A DNA stretch of 64,000 nt from contig CAVQBK010000001.1 in assembly GCA_963710755.1 (NCBI GenBank), positions 128,001-192,000 of the forward strand, given 5' to 3'. Position numbers and translations under genes: made by a program. Shown piece after piece: positions 31,916 to 42,889 of the stretch. The notes beneath the pieces were generated by a model that had not been told where the DNA came from, searched no databases, and worked only from the letters and a program-made list of their open reading frames with translations. Positions within the stretch are counted from its first letter, which is position 1. Every line of letters starts with the position of its first letter. The DNA comes from an uncultured bacterium (GTDB lineage: Bacteria; Oederibacteriota; JAAXVQ01; JAUVAV01).

Positions 31916-33145
31916 TTGAGTGGGAAATTGCTTATCGTAGATGATGAAGTCGGGATTCGGACTGCTTTGGAGTTGTTACTGGAAGAAGAAGGCTATTTGG
32001 TTAAGACCGTACCTGATGGTAAAACCGCTATTGAAGCGGTACGCAGTGAGCCATTTGATGTGGTGCTGTCGGATGTACGTATGCCCGGTGCCAGCGGACT
32101 GGAATTGTTGGACGAGATTCGTCATATGACCGCAGGGCCGGAACTCATCATCATGACGGCTTACGGTAGCATCGAAACCGCCATTCAAGCCTTGAAAAAT
32201 GGGGCTCGTGATTTTCTCATCAAGCCCTTTTCCAATGACCTACTCAAGATGACCATCAAGCGTGTGCTCCAGATCCGGGAACTTTCGGAGGAGAATATGA
32301 AATTGCGCGAACTGGAGCGCATGAAAAAAGAATTTATTACTATGATTGCCCATGAACTGCGCACCCCCTTGACCGCGATCAAAGGGTATCTGAAGCTGGT
32401 GCTCTCCGGTATGGCCGGCGAATTAAGAACCAACCAGAAAGAGTACCTGGGCGTGGTTCATCAGAATTCAGAACGCCTGCAGAGCATCATTAACAAAATG
32501 ATCGATATGGGACAGCTCGAATCGGCTGATTTTGTACTGCATACCATGACCGCTAACACCCTCAATGTGATTTGGGAATCCATTTCGGAAATTCAGGAAA
32601 CCTACGAAAAGAAAAGATTGCAGTTGGAAGTTAACCTGTCCTCCACCTTAAAACCTATTGTGGTGGACCCACAACGCATGAAACAGGTTATCAATGTCTT
32701 GCTTGATAATGCCGTCAGTTTCAGTCCACCCAATAAACGCATATGGTTGTCCGTACAACGGTGGGATGGGGCGGAAAATATGCGTGATGATCAACGGCCT
32801 ACTTCCTATGTGGAGTTCGATGATCTCAAGGAAATGGAGTATTTGGAAATTACGATAAGGGATGAAGGCCCGGGTATTCCTGAGGACAAGCTGTCCCAAG
32901 TATTTGAAAAATTTTATCAAGTGGACGATCTTTATGTCCGGCATGTGGGCGGCATGGGTGTAGGATTATCATTATGTAAAAAAATCGTGGAGTTAATGGG
33001 CGGGAAAATATGGGTGAAAAGCAGTCTTGGCCAAGGTTGCGAATTTACATTTATTCTGCCCTGGTATACCCCGCCGGAGGGTTTTAGTGAAGTCGTCGAA
33101 CGCTCGGATAGTCGCAATGAAGCCAAAACGACCATAGCGGCTTAA
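31916..33145 (+). CDS. Hybrid REC-histidine kinase
   Basis: LLIVDDE...SDVRMP; AHELRTPL H-box; LLDNAV, DEGPGI, GMGVGL. Confidence 0.93.
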   Translation: MSGKLLIVDDEVGIRTALELLLEEEGYLVKTVPDGKTAIEAVRSEPFDVVLSDVRMPGASGLELLDEIRHMTAGPELIIMTAYGSIETAIQALKNGARDFLIKPFSNDLLKMTIKRVLQIRELSEENMKLRELERMKKEFITMIAHELRTPLTAIKGYLKLVLSGMAGELRTNQKEYLGVVHQNSERLQSIINKMIDMGQLESADFVLHTMTANTLNVIWESISEIQETYEKKRLQLEVNLSSTLKPIVVDPQRMKQVINVLLDNAVSFSPPNKRIWLSVQRWDGAENMRDDQRPTSYVEFDDLKEMEYLEITIRDEGPGIPEDKLSQVFEKFYQVDDLYVRHVGGMGVGLSLCKKIVELMGGKIWVKSSLGQGCEFTFILPWYTPPEGFSEVVERSDSRNEAKTTIAA

Positions 33146-33412
33146 AGCACGCCTGGCATTGGCCGAGTTAGAAAATCGGGAAAAATGTCATTTCTCCGCG
33201 GGGCATGCGCGCAAAGGTAATAAAGGAAACATGGTTTGTCATTCTTTGCGATCTTGCTTAAATGCAGAAGTACAGCAAGTCGCACCTTCAACAACACAAC
33301 CTGTACAAACAAATCCGGCATGCCGGCCCAAGGAGCCCCTTAATGCTACAAGAGGGGCTGGTAAAGAATATTGTTTTATGGACGTGGATCTTGCTGGTAC
33401 GAAATTATTTTC

Positions 33413-34078
33413 TTAGCCGGCGGATTGGTCGGAGGCACGTAAACGGGCTATTAGTTCGCTGCGGTTTCGAGCTTTGAAGATGGCCGACCCAGCCACCAAC
33501 ACTGTCGCCCCGGAGGCCGCTGCCAAGGGAGCTGTGCTGGGGTCAATACCGCCATCCACTTCCAGGGCGATGGTTAATTGGCGCTCAGCAATGAGGCGGC
33601 GGGCTTCCTCTATCTTAGGCAAGACCTCAGGCATGAACGCCTGCCCTCCAAAACCAGGTTCCACGGTCATGAATAAAATCAAATCAATTGCATCCAAATA
33701 AGGCAATAACGTGTTGAAGGGCGTCTTAGGTTTTATGGAGACGCCGGCTTGAGCGCCCAATTGTTTGATTTTACTGAGAAGTTCAGGAACATTGTCCGCG
33801 GCCTCGGCATGGATAATGATGCGGTCTGCTCCTGCTTGACGGAACGGTTCGATAAACGTTTCGGGATTGCTGATCATCAAATGCGTTTCCAGGGGAAGGG
33901 AAGTGAACTGACGTATGGAATGTACCAACGGGGGGCCGAAGGTGATGTTGGGCACCATATGGCCATCCATTACATCCAAATGCAGCCAATCGGCTCCACC
34001 CTCTTCCAGAGTTTTTATTTCTTCGCCCAATTTGATGAAATCAGCAGACAAAATTGAAGGTGCTATTTGAAGGGTCAT
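33413..34078 (-). CDS. rpe: Ribulose-phosphate 3-epimerase
   Basis: IAPSILSADF, HLDVMDGH.VPNITFG, MTVEPGFGGQ, EVDGGI, VAGSAIF. Confidence 0.97.
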   Translation of the reverse strand: MTLQIAPSILSADFIKLGEEIKTLEEGGADWLHLDVMDGHMVPNITFGPPLVHSIRQFTSLPLETHLMISNPETFIEPFRQAGADRIIIHAEAADNVPELLSKIKQLGAQAGVSIKPKTPFNTLLPYLDAIDLILFMTVEPGFGGQAFMPEVLPKIEEARRLIAERQLTIALEVDGGIDPSTAPLAAASGATVLVAGSAIFKARNRSELIARLRASDQSAG

Positions 34079-34091
34079 GGCAATGCCTTTC

Positions 34092-34147
34092 TTAATACGT
34101 CCTCCCGAATTCACCGCATTTCAACGCGGGAATAAAACGACAATGAT
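34092..34147 (-). promoter_or_regulatory. Conserved upstream element, copy before rpe
   Basis: ATCATTGTCGTTTTATTCCCGCGTTGAAATGCGGTGAATTCGGGAGGACGTATTAA; 43/56 gapless identity to 54931-54986. Confidence 0.75.
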
Positions 34148-34228
34148 TCGTTGCGGGATGTTTTGTTAAATTTGTAAATAACGTGCCCAGCTTGACCGTA
34201 GATTATGACGGCCTTGACTCATTAGCAA

Positions 34229-35200
34229 TTAGATGATTCGTTCTTCGGTAAATTTACCGTTGATATAGACCTTGAGGACAGCGGTAGTCCCATTGAGGAT
34301 CTTGCGTACCACCAAATCGGTTCCCGGTGTTTCCATGGCATTATAAAGTTCACGCAAACCATTGTCATCGCGCACCACCAGCTTGACACGCACGTCACGA
34401 CCACCGGAGGGCACGTGATAATGAATGCTGACAAAGCGTGTGGTTAGGTTTTGATTGTCGCTTCGGGTAGTGGCCACCAATCCGGCCGGCATGCCGGCCT
34501 GCACCCGGGATCCGGGCAAAGGAGTTTGCGCCATAATAGTGCCCGAGGGTTTGGTATTATCCACTTTACGTTTGATCTCGCTAAGGTCCATGTTGAGGTT
34601 TTCCAGCGTGCTGGTGGCCTGGTCAATAGGGTAGCCGATCAGGTCGGGCATGATATACCACAGAGGACGAGGACCACTTGACACCAAGAGATTGACATTG
34701 CTACCACTGGTGATGTTATGGCCATGCTTTGGCCACTGGTCCAGGACTTGATCCTTGGCAATGCGTTCATTGGCAATATGTGTAACCCGTCCAACGTGCA
34801 GCCCGGCATTGTCAATGGCCAAGGTGCCTTCGCGCAGGGAATGGCCCATTACCTCAGGCACAGTAATAGTGCGGCTGCCGCGTGATACCACTACTTGAAT
34901 AAGTCGTCCGCTTTTTACTTTTTCTTCCGCTTTGGGATCCTGGTCAAGAATGAAATTAGCTGCTATTTTGGGGTCGAAACGGTACTCTTTAACCGAGATA
35001 TTAAGCCGGTTGACGCGGCACAAACTCCGGGCTGATTCCAAGGTGCGGTGCGTGAGATCAGGCACCACCTCGATTTTTGCGACCGTTAAAAACTTGATGG
35101 TGGTTAGGGTGCTGAGGGCGAATACGGTCAGTGAAGCGATCAATACCGTAAAAAAAAACGTGCTGGATTTGGTGCTTTTTAAAGGTAAAGCTTCGGTCAT
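34229..35200 (-). CDS. PASTA domain protein (N-terminal TM + 3 PASTA repeats)
   Basis: VVPDLT...ILDQDP...VVSRG; VPEVMG...VLDQWP...LVSSG; MPDLIG...IMAQTP. Confidence 0.9.
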   Translation of the reverse strand: MTEALPLKSTKSSTFFFTVLIASLTVFALSTLTTIKFLTVAKIEVVPDLTHRTLESARSLCRVNRLNISVKEYRFDPKIAANFILDQDPKAEEKVKSGRLIQVVVSRGSRTITVPEVMGHSLREGTLAIDNAGLHVGRVTHIANERIAKDQVLDQWPKHGHNITSGSNVNLLVSSGPRPLWYIMPDLIGYPIDQATSTLENLNMDLSEIKRKVDNTKPSGTIMAQTPLPGSRVQAGMPAGLVATTRSDNQNLTTRFVSIHYHVPSGGRDVRVKLVVRDDNGLRELYNAMETPGTDLVVRKILNGTTAVLKVYINGKFTEERII

Positions 35201-36240
35201 GCCATCCTCCGTGACTGCGTGACCGCCAATTGGCCACAGGCAGCGTTGATGCTTTGCCCTTGAGATCGGCGACAGGTGGCGGTAATCCCTGCGCGCTTTA
35301 AAGTGGCCAAAAAAAGATCAACGGCCCTTTCCTCCGGGGGCATAAAGGATTGATTATGAACAGGATTATAAGGGATTATGTTGACCTTGGCATTAATATT
35401 TTTCAACAAACGGCATAAAATTCGGGCATCTGTTTCGTGGTCATTGAGGTCCCTGATGAGGATATATTCGAAAGTGACCTGCTTGCCGGAGAGATGGGCA
35501 TACCGCCTCACGGCTGCCATCACTTTTTCCAAGGGATAGCGACGATTGATCGGCATCAGGCGGTCGCGGACCGCGTTGGTGGCAGCGTTCAAGGACACCG
35601 CCAAATGTGCTGGAATTGGTTTGTGGATTAATTCCTCCAGTCCCGGCAGCCATCCACAGGTAGAAACTGTAATGCGATGGCTCGACCAATTCCATCCATG
35701 TTTATTGGTTAAGATGTCCAACGTGGAGCGCAGTGCTTCCAGATTTTGTAGCGGTTCGCCCATGCCCATGAACACCAAATTGGTGGGGGGGCGGTGATAA
35801 AGAGCGTTTAAACCGCGAAGCTGACCGATCATTTCACTGGTGGTCAACTGCCGCACCAGCCCCATGGTGGCGGTGGCGCAAAAATGGCAGTTCATGGCGC
35901 AACCGACCTGGGTGGAGAGACAAAAACTTAACGCGCCACCGGGTTTGGGGAGTCCCACGCTTTCCACCATGGCCTTGTCAGCCAAAGCAAAAAGCACTTT
36001 TTGGGTGTTGTCCGTTGCGGTTAGGATTTTGACCGGTGCCCAGGGTGCGGGCAAGACAAAATGTTCCGTCAGCAAGGATCTCAGGGGTTTGGGGAAAACG
36101 GTCAGCTCATCGAACGATGAAAGCTGTTGTCGCCATAGGCCCTGCATAAGTTGATGTGCTCTGAATGCCGGGTACCCGTGCTCCTGCAACCAAAGCTGTA
36201 AGGCTTCCGGGTTTAAATTAAAAATATCCTGTTGGGTCAT
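35197..36240 (-). CDS. rlmN: Dual-specificity RNA methyltransferase RlmN (radical SAM)
   Basis: CLSTQVGCAMNCHFCAT, FMGMGEPL, ITVSTCG, AVSLNA, FEYILI, INAACGQL. Confidence 0.95.
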   Translation of the reverse strand: MTQQDIFNLNPEALQLWLQEHGYPAFRAHQLMQGLWRQQLSSFDELTVFPKPLRSLLTEHFVLPAPWAPVKILTATDNTQKVLFALADKAMVESVGLPKPGGALSFCLSTQVGCAMNCHFCATATMGLVRQLTTSEMIGQLRGLNALYHRPPTNLVFMGMGEPLQNLEALRSTLDILTNKHGWNWSSHRITVSTCGWLPGLEELIHKPIPAHLAVSLNAATNAVRDRLMPINRRYPLEKVMAAVRRYAHLSGKQVTFEYILIRDLNDHETDARILCRLLKNINAKVNIIPYNPVHNQSFMPPEERAVDLFLATLKRAGITATCRRSQGQSINAACGQLAVTQSRRMA

Positions 36241-36289
36241 TGCATAGCCACCGCTGGTTAGGTTGTTGGCAGACTTATTGGTCGCGTGT

Positions 36290-36355
36290 TTAATACGACC
36301 TTGCATTATTTCTGCATTTCAAGGTGGGGATGAAGTGATAATAAAAACAATGATC
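36290..36355 (-). promoter_or_regulatory. Conserved upstream element, copy before rlmN
   Basis: GATCATTGTTTTTATTATCACTTCATCCCCACCTTGAAATGCAGAAATAATGCAAGGTCGTATTAA; 47/66 gapless identity to 54921-54986. Confidence 0.72.
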
Positions 36356-36409
36356 ATCTCCCATTCGTATCAAAATAGTCATTGGCAAGGTAATTGTCAA
36401 ACAAAAACC

Positions 36410-36438
36410 TTGCGATAAGCGAATGAGGATGTTATAAA
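36410..36438 (+). promoter_or_regulatory. Putative sigma70 promoter for hisG
   Basis: TTGCGA-N17-TATAAA with an extended -10 TG. Confidence 0.5.
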
Positions 36439-36461
36439 AATAGCCTAAAAATTCAGATGAG

Positions 36462-37340
36462 GTGATCTTCGTGTTGTTAAAATTAGCTCTTCCTGCAGGA
36501 AGTTTGAAAGAATCGACCTTCATGATGCTTAAAAAAGCCGGGTTTCGCGTGTCCACCACCGCCCGGTCTTATTATCCCACCATTGACGACCCGGAAATTG
36601 AGTTGATGTTGGTACGGGCCCAAGAAATTCCGCGCTATGTGGAGGGGGGGGTGTTCGATGCCGGACTCACCGGTGCCGATTGGACCGCTGAGAATAAAGC
36701 CAAAGTGCATAAAGTAGCTGAATTGATTTATGCCAAACAAGGGTTGCGTCCGGTGCGTTGGGTAATAGCCGTGCCTGAAAATTCCAAAATCAAAACCGTC
36801 AAAGATTTAAATGGCAAGCGCATTGCCACGGAATTGGTTAACTATGTCAAAAGTTATCTGAAAAAGAACAAGGTGAAAGCGGACGTGGAATTTTCCTGGG
36901 GAGCGACGGAGGCCAAACCGCCTGTTTTGGCCGATGCCATTGTGGAATTGACCGAAACCGGCAGTTCTTTAAGAGCCAATAAACTGCGTATTGTTGAGAC
37001 TATTTTAACTTCCAATACACTTTTAATTGCCAATAAACAATCATGGCTGGATGAAAAAAAACGAAAAAAAATCGAAACCTTGAATATGCTTCTCCAAGGG
37101 GCCTTGATGGCGGAATCCAAAGTTGGCATTAAAATGAATGTGCATAAAGATAATGTTGGAAAAGTGCTGACGTTGCTTCCAGCCATGAAAAAACCCACTA
37201 TTAGCGCTTTGACCGACGGTGAGTGGATGGACGTGGAAACCATTATCGAAGAGAAAAAAGTTCGGGAAATGATAGTAAAATTAAAGGATTCCGGGGCTCA
37301 GGATATTATCGAATATCCTTTGAATAAAGTGGTACTTTAA
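36462..37340 (+). CDS. hisG: ATP phosphoribosyltransferase, long form
   Basis: [58 protein letters not shown]-terminal regulatory domain. Confidence 0.96.
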   Translation: MIFVLLKLALPAGSLKESTFMMLKKAGFRVSTTARSYYPTIDDPEIELMLVRAQEIPRYVEGGVFDAGLTGADWTAENKAKVHKVAELIYAKQGLRPVRWVIAVPENSKIKTVKDLNGKRIATELVNYVKSYLKKNKVKADVEFSWGATEAKPPVLADAIVELTETGSSLRANKLRIVETILTSNTLLIANKQSWLDEKKRKKIETLNMLLQGALMAESKVGIKMNVHKDNVGKVLTLLPAMKKPTISALTDGEWMDVETIIEEKKVREMIVKLKDSGAQDIIEYPLNKVVL

Positions 37341-37453
37341 CCCTATTAAGACCATGTCCGTTAAAGCACGTTTTATGTTATGGATAAAGTTGAAGCAAGC
37401 TGCGGTGGCAGATGGGCTGGGATCAGTAAGAGACAACGTGTCGAGGACACCCC

Positions 37454-37972
37454 ATGATGAGTAAGTGGTTTGGCACATGTATGATCTTATTAGCCGCAGT
37501 GGCGCTGAACGCCCTGGTTCATGGCGTGGATGTGGTTGTCCCTGATATAGCGGGTAATACTGGCGCCGGCCAGACTGGTATTAGTCAGCCTGCAGACAAA
37601 GCCCAGGAACAGGGCCCTAAAAGCATTGAGCAACCTGTTTATACTAAAAATAACCCTCTGGCCGATTTTCAAATCCATTTTTTTATATCATTGCCCTTTA
37701 CGGCTTTATACAGCTATCTGGCTGTGAGTTCTATGGACGCCATTGTGCAAGGGCAATATCCCACGGCTTTTCGAACCACCAATTCGTGGATGATTATAGG
37801 CTTGGCTGTGGGCTCTTCTCTGGCCATTGCTTTGGGCAATATTGGCAGAGTGCCCGACCAATCAGTGCCTGTCTTGGCCTCGGGATTGAATTGGCAGGAG
37901 GCCCGTGAAGCTGAGCCGAGTGATAACGTGGTCGTGGCAGAAAAAATGGAATTGTTGAGAATTTTGTATTAG
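37454..37972 (+). CDS. Hypothetical membrane/exported protein
   Basis: Signal-like N-terminus and two hydrophobic segments (DFQIHFFISLPFTALYSYL; WMIIGLAVGSSLAIAL). Confidence 0.6.
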   Translation: MMSKWFGTCMILLAAVALNALVHGVDVVVPDIAGNTGAGQTGISQPADKAQEQGPKSIEQPVYTKNNPLADFQIHFFISLPFTALYSYLAVSSMDAIVQGQYPTAFRTTNSWMIIGLAVGSSLAIALGNIGRVPDQSVPVLASGLNWQEAREAEPSDNVVVAEKMELLRILY

Positions 37973-38198
37973 AATTATCCGTTTTGGGGTACACTATTTG
38001 TTCAAGAAATAAAATATTAGTCCCCAGAAACAGTCTTGTTTTTAAAGATGGTCTGGAAATGATGCAAAAAAACTTAGGCCCGAAGCATATTCCTGGGAGG
38101 CCAGGCTGGCGGGCGTCAGGGCAGGTAGCATAGCATCTGCATTCAAATGATGGTTTCGTTTTTGTTGTTGTCATGGTTTATTAGAATGGAGGCAGGTT

Positions 38199-38690
38199 AT
38201 GGAAGTCAGTTTATTACGCACCATTAATATTTTTGAAGGTCTCAGTGATGAAGATCTTGAAAAAATATTTAAATTGGCCCGTATCAAACTCTACCCGGCC
38301 AAAGCCATTATTCTGGAAGAAGGCAAATTAGGCGGCGCGCTGCATATTGTTATTAAAGGCAAGGTAAAAATCACCAAAAAAGTGGAAGGCAAGAAGGATA
38401 AATTCATTACCAAGTTGGGTCCCCAATCCATATTTGGTGAAATGTCCCTATTTGACAATTTGCCTTATTCCGCCAATGTTGTTGCCGATGAAGAAACCCG
38501 TTGCATGGTCATACCCAAGGATCGCTTTGATGAACTGTTGAAAAGGGATTTGACCTTGGCAGTAAAATTAATGACTCAGATCATCACTATTTTATCGCAA
38601 CGCCTACGAAATACCAACGAAGAGCTGGTGGCCATGACTACATGGAAAGACCGCATTCAGGAAGCGAGTAAAAAAAACACTAATGGCTAA
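38199..38690 (+). CDS. Cyclic-nucleotide-binding domain protein (Crp/Fnr-like, no HTH)
   Basis: IFEGLS, ILEEG, FGEMSLFDNLPYSANV, LSQRLRNTN. Confidence 0.9.
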   Translation: MEVSLLRTINIFEGLSDEDLEKIFKLARIKLYPAKAIILEEGKLGGALHIVIKGKVKITKKVEGKKDKFITKLGPQSIFGEMSLFDNLPYSANVVADEETRCMVIPKDRFDELLKRDLTLAVKLMTQIITILSQRLRNTNEELVAMTTWKDRIQEASKKNTNG

Positions 38691-39996
38691 AGTCATCCCT
38701 TTCAAAGGACTAAGTTATTCCGATAAATATTCCAAAAAAATGGGCGAATTGATCACACCGCCCTACGATATTATTACCCCCTCAGCTCAGCAGAAATTTT
38801 ACAAACAGCATGACTATAATATTATCCGGCTGGAATTGGGGAAATCCAAGCTCAGAGACAATGAAACCAATAATCGCTATACCCGGGCCCGTCAAATTCT
38901 GAAGGACTGGTTGAACCGGCAAGTGCTCACGGTGGATAACAAACCCGCCTATTATTTTTTACAATCAGAATACAAAGCGCCTAATGGTGAGATGAAGAGT
39001 GTTCGTGCGTTATATGCACTGGTGGAATTGGAAGAATTGAACGGTGGTAAAATTCTGCCCCATGAAAATACTTACGCCGGCCCCAAAGCAGATCGTTTTA
39101 ATTTGCTTAAGGAAACGGGTGTCAGCTTTTCTCCGGTTTATGCGCTTTACCGGGATCCCTCGGCCAAAATCACCATGGTCTTGAACAAAGTGATGCGCCG
39201 TAAACCCAAACTGGAGTTCAAAGACTGGGATCAAGCCACCCATCGCGTTTGGATCATTAACAAGCCCGATGAATGCGAGGCCATTCAACTGGGATTTCGG
39301 GGAAAAAAACTGTTGATCGCCGACGGGCATCATCGCTATTCCACGGCTTTGAGCTACAAAAACACTTATGGTGCTACGGCGGGTGAACAAGCCGATTATG
39401 TCATGATGTGCCTGACTGAAACCAATGATCCCGGACTCACCGTGTTGCCGGTTTACCGTCTGGTCAATGGAGTATCCAGAAAGCAATGGAACTATTTTAA
39501 AACCAATTTGGAAGATGCCTTTGATATCGAAAAAGTCAGCACCATTTTAGACCTTCCCAGGGCCCAGGCCGCGGCTTTTAAGGCCAGCAAACAGCCGGTT
39601 ATTGGTTATATTCCTGAAGGCGGGAAGGAAGCTTATTTACTCAAAATAAAAAAAGAAACTTTGGAATCTTTCAGCAGTAATCCGGCTTCAGGCCATTCAC
39701 GCATATTTTATAGATTGGATGTAGTGGTCCTCAATCAGATCATCCTGGAAGCTCTGTTGGGCATTATCCCCGGCGAAGAAAAAGACCGTTTGAGCTACAC
39801 CAAAAACCTTGGCGAGGCCGTTGCTTTGGTTAAAAAAAGCAGCGTGCAAGCCGCCTTTTTGCCGGGATTGCCCAATCTCAATGCGATTTGGGACCTGGCG
39901 AAAAAAGGCGAGACCATGCCACAAAAATCCACTTATTTTCTTCCCAAATTGGTTACCGGCATTGTCATGAATCCGGTTAATATTGACCGTAGCTAA
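38683..39996 (+). CDS. DUF1015 family protein
   Basis: PPYDII, ILPHENT, LIADGHHRY, MPQKSTYFLPK. Confidence 0.92.
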   Translation: MAKVIPFKGLSYSDKYSKKMGELITPPYDIITPSAQQKFYKQHDYNIIRLELGKSKLRDNETNNRYTRARQILKDWLNRQVLTVDNKPAYYFLQSEYKAPNGEMKSVRALYALVELEELNGGKILPHENTYAGPKADRFNLLKETGVSFSPVYALYRDPSAKITMVLNKVMRRKPKLEFKDWDQATHRVWIINKPDECEAIQLGFRGKKLLIADGHHRYSTALSYKNTYGATAGEQADYVMMCLTETNDPGLTVLPVYRLVNGVSRKQWNYFKTNLEDAFDIEKVSTILDLPRAQAAAFKASKQPVIGYIPEGGKEAYLLKIKKETLESFSSNPASGHSRIFYRLDVVVLNQIILEALLGIIPGEEKDRLSYTKNLGEAVALVKKSSVQAAFLPGLPNLNAIWDLAKKGETMPQKSTYFLPKLVTGIVMNPVNIDRS

Positions 39997-40042
39997 GTAG
40001 TGCTCGTTGTGGAAAATCCTCTTTTTTATAAAGGACAGTATT

Positions 40043-40150
40043 TGTAGGCGCACGGCCCTCCGTGCCCTTGTAAAATTACTTTTTATTTAAAGAGGGGATA
40101 AGGGCATAGTGTTCCTTCGAGACGGGCATCAATAACCATACGCTCCTACA
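40043..40150. repeat. Inverted pair of GTAG-type REP-like elements
   Basis: TGTAGGCGCACGG-CCCT-CCGTGCCCT (40043-40068) and an inverted TGTAGGAGCGTATGG...TGCCCG (40123-40150). Confidence 0.55.
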
Positions 40151-40257
40151 TAGAGTCCTATAGGAACAATGAGGCTTTCCACAGTAGAATCTAAGTGGGT
40201 TTTTACCTGCTTGATATAATCAGGCTGCGCTTACTACTGCTATGAGGGAGATTTTTA

Positions 40258-41625
40258 ATGGACTTATTTGAACAAGCCCTGTCTCACGATAATCCCCAAG
40301 CTCCCTTGGCTGATCGCATGCGCCCGCAGGAATTAGATCAAGTACTGGGGCAAGCGCATCTTCTTGACCGCGGTAAGTTTTTAAGATCTGCTATTGAAGA
40401 AGACCGGCTGCCTTCTCTGATCTTTTGGGGCCCGCCGGGCACCGGCAAAACCACCCTGGCCATGGTTATTGCCAAGCATTCGGGAGCTCGCTTTCAATCC
40501 TATTCCGCAGTCACCTCAGGGATTAAGGAATTAAAGGCCGTCATGGAACAGGCTAGAACCCATTTGGCCTACCAGCATCAAAAAACCATTTTATTCATCG
40601 ATGAGATCCACCGTTTTAACAAAGCCCAACAGGACGCTTTTTTGCCCTTTGTAGAACAAGGGATCGTCACCCTAATTGGGGCCACAACGGAAAATCCGAG
40701 TTTTGAAGTCAACGCCGCTCTCCTTTCGCGCTGTCAGGTGCTGGTACTGAAGGCCCTGGATCGGGAATCTCTCGTAGCATTGATGCAGCGCGCGTTGGAG
40801 GATAAACAACGGGGGTTGGGTGCATTAGAACTTGCCTTTGACGAGAAAGCCCTCAGCCTAATAGCACAGAAAGCTTACGGTGATGCGCGGGCTGCTTTGA
40901 ATCAGTTGGAACAGGTAGCCAATTTCTGTGCCCAAACTCCACGGTCCAGGTCGATTCAAGTGGAGGATGTGGAAGAAGCGCTGCAGGAAAAAGCCCTGCT
41001 CTATGACAAAGGCGGGGAAGAACACTATAATCTTATTTCGGCCCTGCATAAATCAGTACGAGGGTCTGATCCGGATGCCGCTTTATACTGGCTGGGACGA
41101 ATGCTCGAAGCTGGTGAAGATCCACATTATCTCTTGAGACGAATGGCACGGATGGCCAGTGAAGATATCGGCCTGGCTGATCCCAACGCACTCCATATGG
41201 CGGTCTCAGCACGGCAAGCCTTTGACTTCGTCGGTCTGCCGGAAGGCAAACTAGCCTTGGCAGAATTAGTGGTCTATCTTTGTCTGGCGCCCAAAAGCAA
41301 TACTCTCGAGGTGGGCTACAACGCCGTCCAAAAGGCCATCAAACAGCAGGGCCCCCTGCCCGTGCCCATGCACATCCGTAATGCCCCCACCGGTTTGATG
41401 CGCAACTTGGGCTATGGCAAGGATTATCATTATGCCCATGACTTTGAAGGCCATTGGGTGCCTGACGACTATCTGCCGGAAGAGCTTAGGGATGAGCGCT
41501 TTTTTCAGCCTGGGTCTATGGGGTGGGAGGGTAAAATGAAACCCCTTCTTGAACAACGGCTGGAAAAAAGGGCTAAAACCAGAAAATCATTCTCTCCCGC
41601 TGATCCTCATAACCATCAGAAATAA
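40258..41625 (+). CDS. rarA: Replication-associated recombination protein A (RarA/MgsA)
   Basis: [67 protein letters not shown]. Confidence 0.96.
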   Translation: MDLFEQALSHDNPQAPLADRMRPQELDQVLGQAHLLDRGKFLRSAIEEDRLPSLIFWGPPGTGKTTLAMVIAKHSGARFQSYSAVTSGIKELKAVMEQARTHLAYQHQKTILFIDEIHRFNKAQQDAFLPFVEQGIVTLIGATTENPSFEVNAALLSRCQVLVLKALDRESLVALMQRALEDKQRGLGALELAFDEKALSLIAQKAYGDARAALNQLEQVANFCAQTPRSRSIQVEDVEEALQEKALLYDKGGEEHYNLISALHKSVRGSDPDAALYWLGRMLEAGEDPHYLLRRMARMASEDIGLADPNALHMAVSARQAFDFVGLPEGKLALAELVVYLCLAPKSNTLEVGYNAVQKAIKQQGPLPVPMHIRNAPTGLMRNLGYGKDYHYAHDFEGHWVPDDYLPEELRDERFFQPGSMGWEGKMKPLLEQRLEKRAKTRKSFSPADPHNHQK

Positions 41626-41807
41626 AAACAAAGTTGCCTTTAATCCATGGCTATTCCTCTGGGAATTTCAGTTAAATACCAAGGCTCTATAATTTCACCT
41701 CCCGTGGGACAAGTTGGTTAAGACAGGGACGCCGGCCGACGATAATACCTGTAATGATCTCCATATTAATGGCCTGACGCAGGTTGATGACGGCCGAACG
41801 GGAGTCT

Positions 41808-42551
41808 ATGCCCATGGGCTTGCAGGGTCAACGCCGGAAAACACCTTGGTATGTGATAACGGAAATTATCTTTTTTATATTACCGCTGGCCGGATTGTGG
41901 ACTACCTTGAAAAAGATGAATCGCCGTGCCTTTGGTCTGACCCTGGTTATCATCATGGTCCTGGGTTACAGTTGGAGTATGCTGGTGTCCAGTCATGGTT
42001 GGTGGCAATTTAACCCCCAGACCATGCTGGGCTGGCAGGTTTTACCACATTTACCGCTGGAAGAAGCCTTGTTCTATCCCTTGGGAGGTGCGCTCAGCAT
42101 TTTGGTGTATGGATTTCTGGCTGATAAAATGGCTAATCCTCGTTGGAAATCCTTGGGATTTTACTTTCTTTTCCTGGCCTTAACGCTGGTGGTTCTGGGA
42201 GCGGCTACCACGGCGGTGGCGAATAATTTTCATCCTGCCTATATCCTCAGTCAGGTGGTGCTTTACAACGGCCTGGCGTTGCTTCTCTGGCCGGTGGCAG
42301 GCCCCAAATTCCACCTGCCCGGGCTGTTGGTCACTATCGTTATCTTAACTGCTGTTGGAGTTTTCTGGAATTATGTGGGATTTACCCAACGCCTTTGGTG
42401 GTACACGGCTGTTTTGGGGTGGAACTGGCCCAAAGCAGTGCCTGTGGATGACTGGAATTTTTATATTTTTGCACCCCTGGCTGCAATCTCGCTGTATATA
42501 TTGTTGGATTCCAAGCATAGCCGCCGGTCAACCCATCCAGGGGATTTATGA
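41808..42551 (+). CDS. Lycopene-cyclase-like membrane protein, two domains (CrtYcd-like)
   Basis: GWWQFNP...HLPLEEALFY and LWWY...AVPVDDWNFY (Px[ED][ED] motifs); ~7 TM helices; GGGAG RBS before ATG 41808. Confidence 0.7.
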   Translation: MPMGLQGQRRKTPWYVITEIIFFILPLAGLWTTLKKMNRRAFGLTLVIIMVLGYSWSMLVSSHGWWQFNPQTMLGWQVLPHLPLEEALFYPLGGALSILVYGFLADKMANPRWKSLGFYFLFLALTLVVLGAATTAVANNFHPAYILSQVVLYNGLALLLWPVAGPKFHLPGLLVTIVILTAVGVFWNYVGFTQRLWWYTAVLGWNWPKAVPVDDWNFYIFAPLAAISLYILLDSKHSRRSTHPGDL

Positions 42552-42889
42552 TGCGTCCCTGGCCATGGTATTTTATGATGGACCTTATATTGTGGGGGAT
42601 AAGTCTGGCTTTGGTGAAATGGAGTTGGTCCAAGTTGAGCCGTTCTTGGAAAACAACAGCAATGGTCACTGCTACCTTGGTGATGGGATTGCAAACCTGG
42701 AATGAGTGGCTCAGCTTCAATGTCTATAAAGCTTGGGGGTTTTCCCAGGCCCATAATACTCTGCTGGGTATCCATTTCTTAGGAGCACCGGTGGAAGAAC
42801 ATTTGTTTTGGTACGCCTTTGCCTGGATGGTGCCTTTTTTGTATGCCCGCCTGGCTGGCGGAAAGGAAGCTCATGATGGCCGCGCCTAG
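42548..42889 (+). CDS. Lycopene-cyclase-domain membrane protein
   Basis: WNEW...AWGF...LGIHFLGAPVEEHLFWY; ATGA overlap with the upstream gene. Confidence 0.72.
   Translation: MMRPWPWYFMMDLILWGISLALVKWSWSKLSRSWKTTAMVTATLVMGLQTWNEWLSFNVYKAWGFSQAHNTLLGIHFLGAPVEEHLFWYAFAWMVPFLYARLAGGKEAHDGRA

Noticed and set aside
33146-33412. 85-aa ORF or c-di-GMP riboswitch-like RNA between the hybrid kinase and rpe
   Set aside because: No RBS or protein motif; GAAA/GCAAAG fragments do not form the GEMM two-stem structure, and the site lies between convergent 3' ends.
34079-36306. N-terminal extensions of rpe (from 34114) and rlmN (from 36306) containing GRIK
   Set aside because: GRIK is just the translation of the shared non-coding GG(A/T)CGTATTAA motif; homology begins at the downstream ATGs (34078, 36240).
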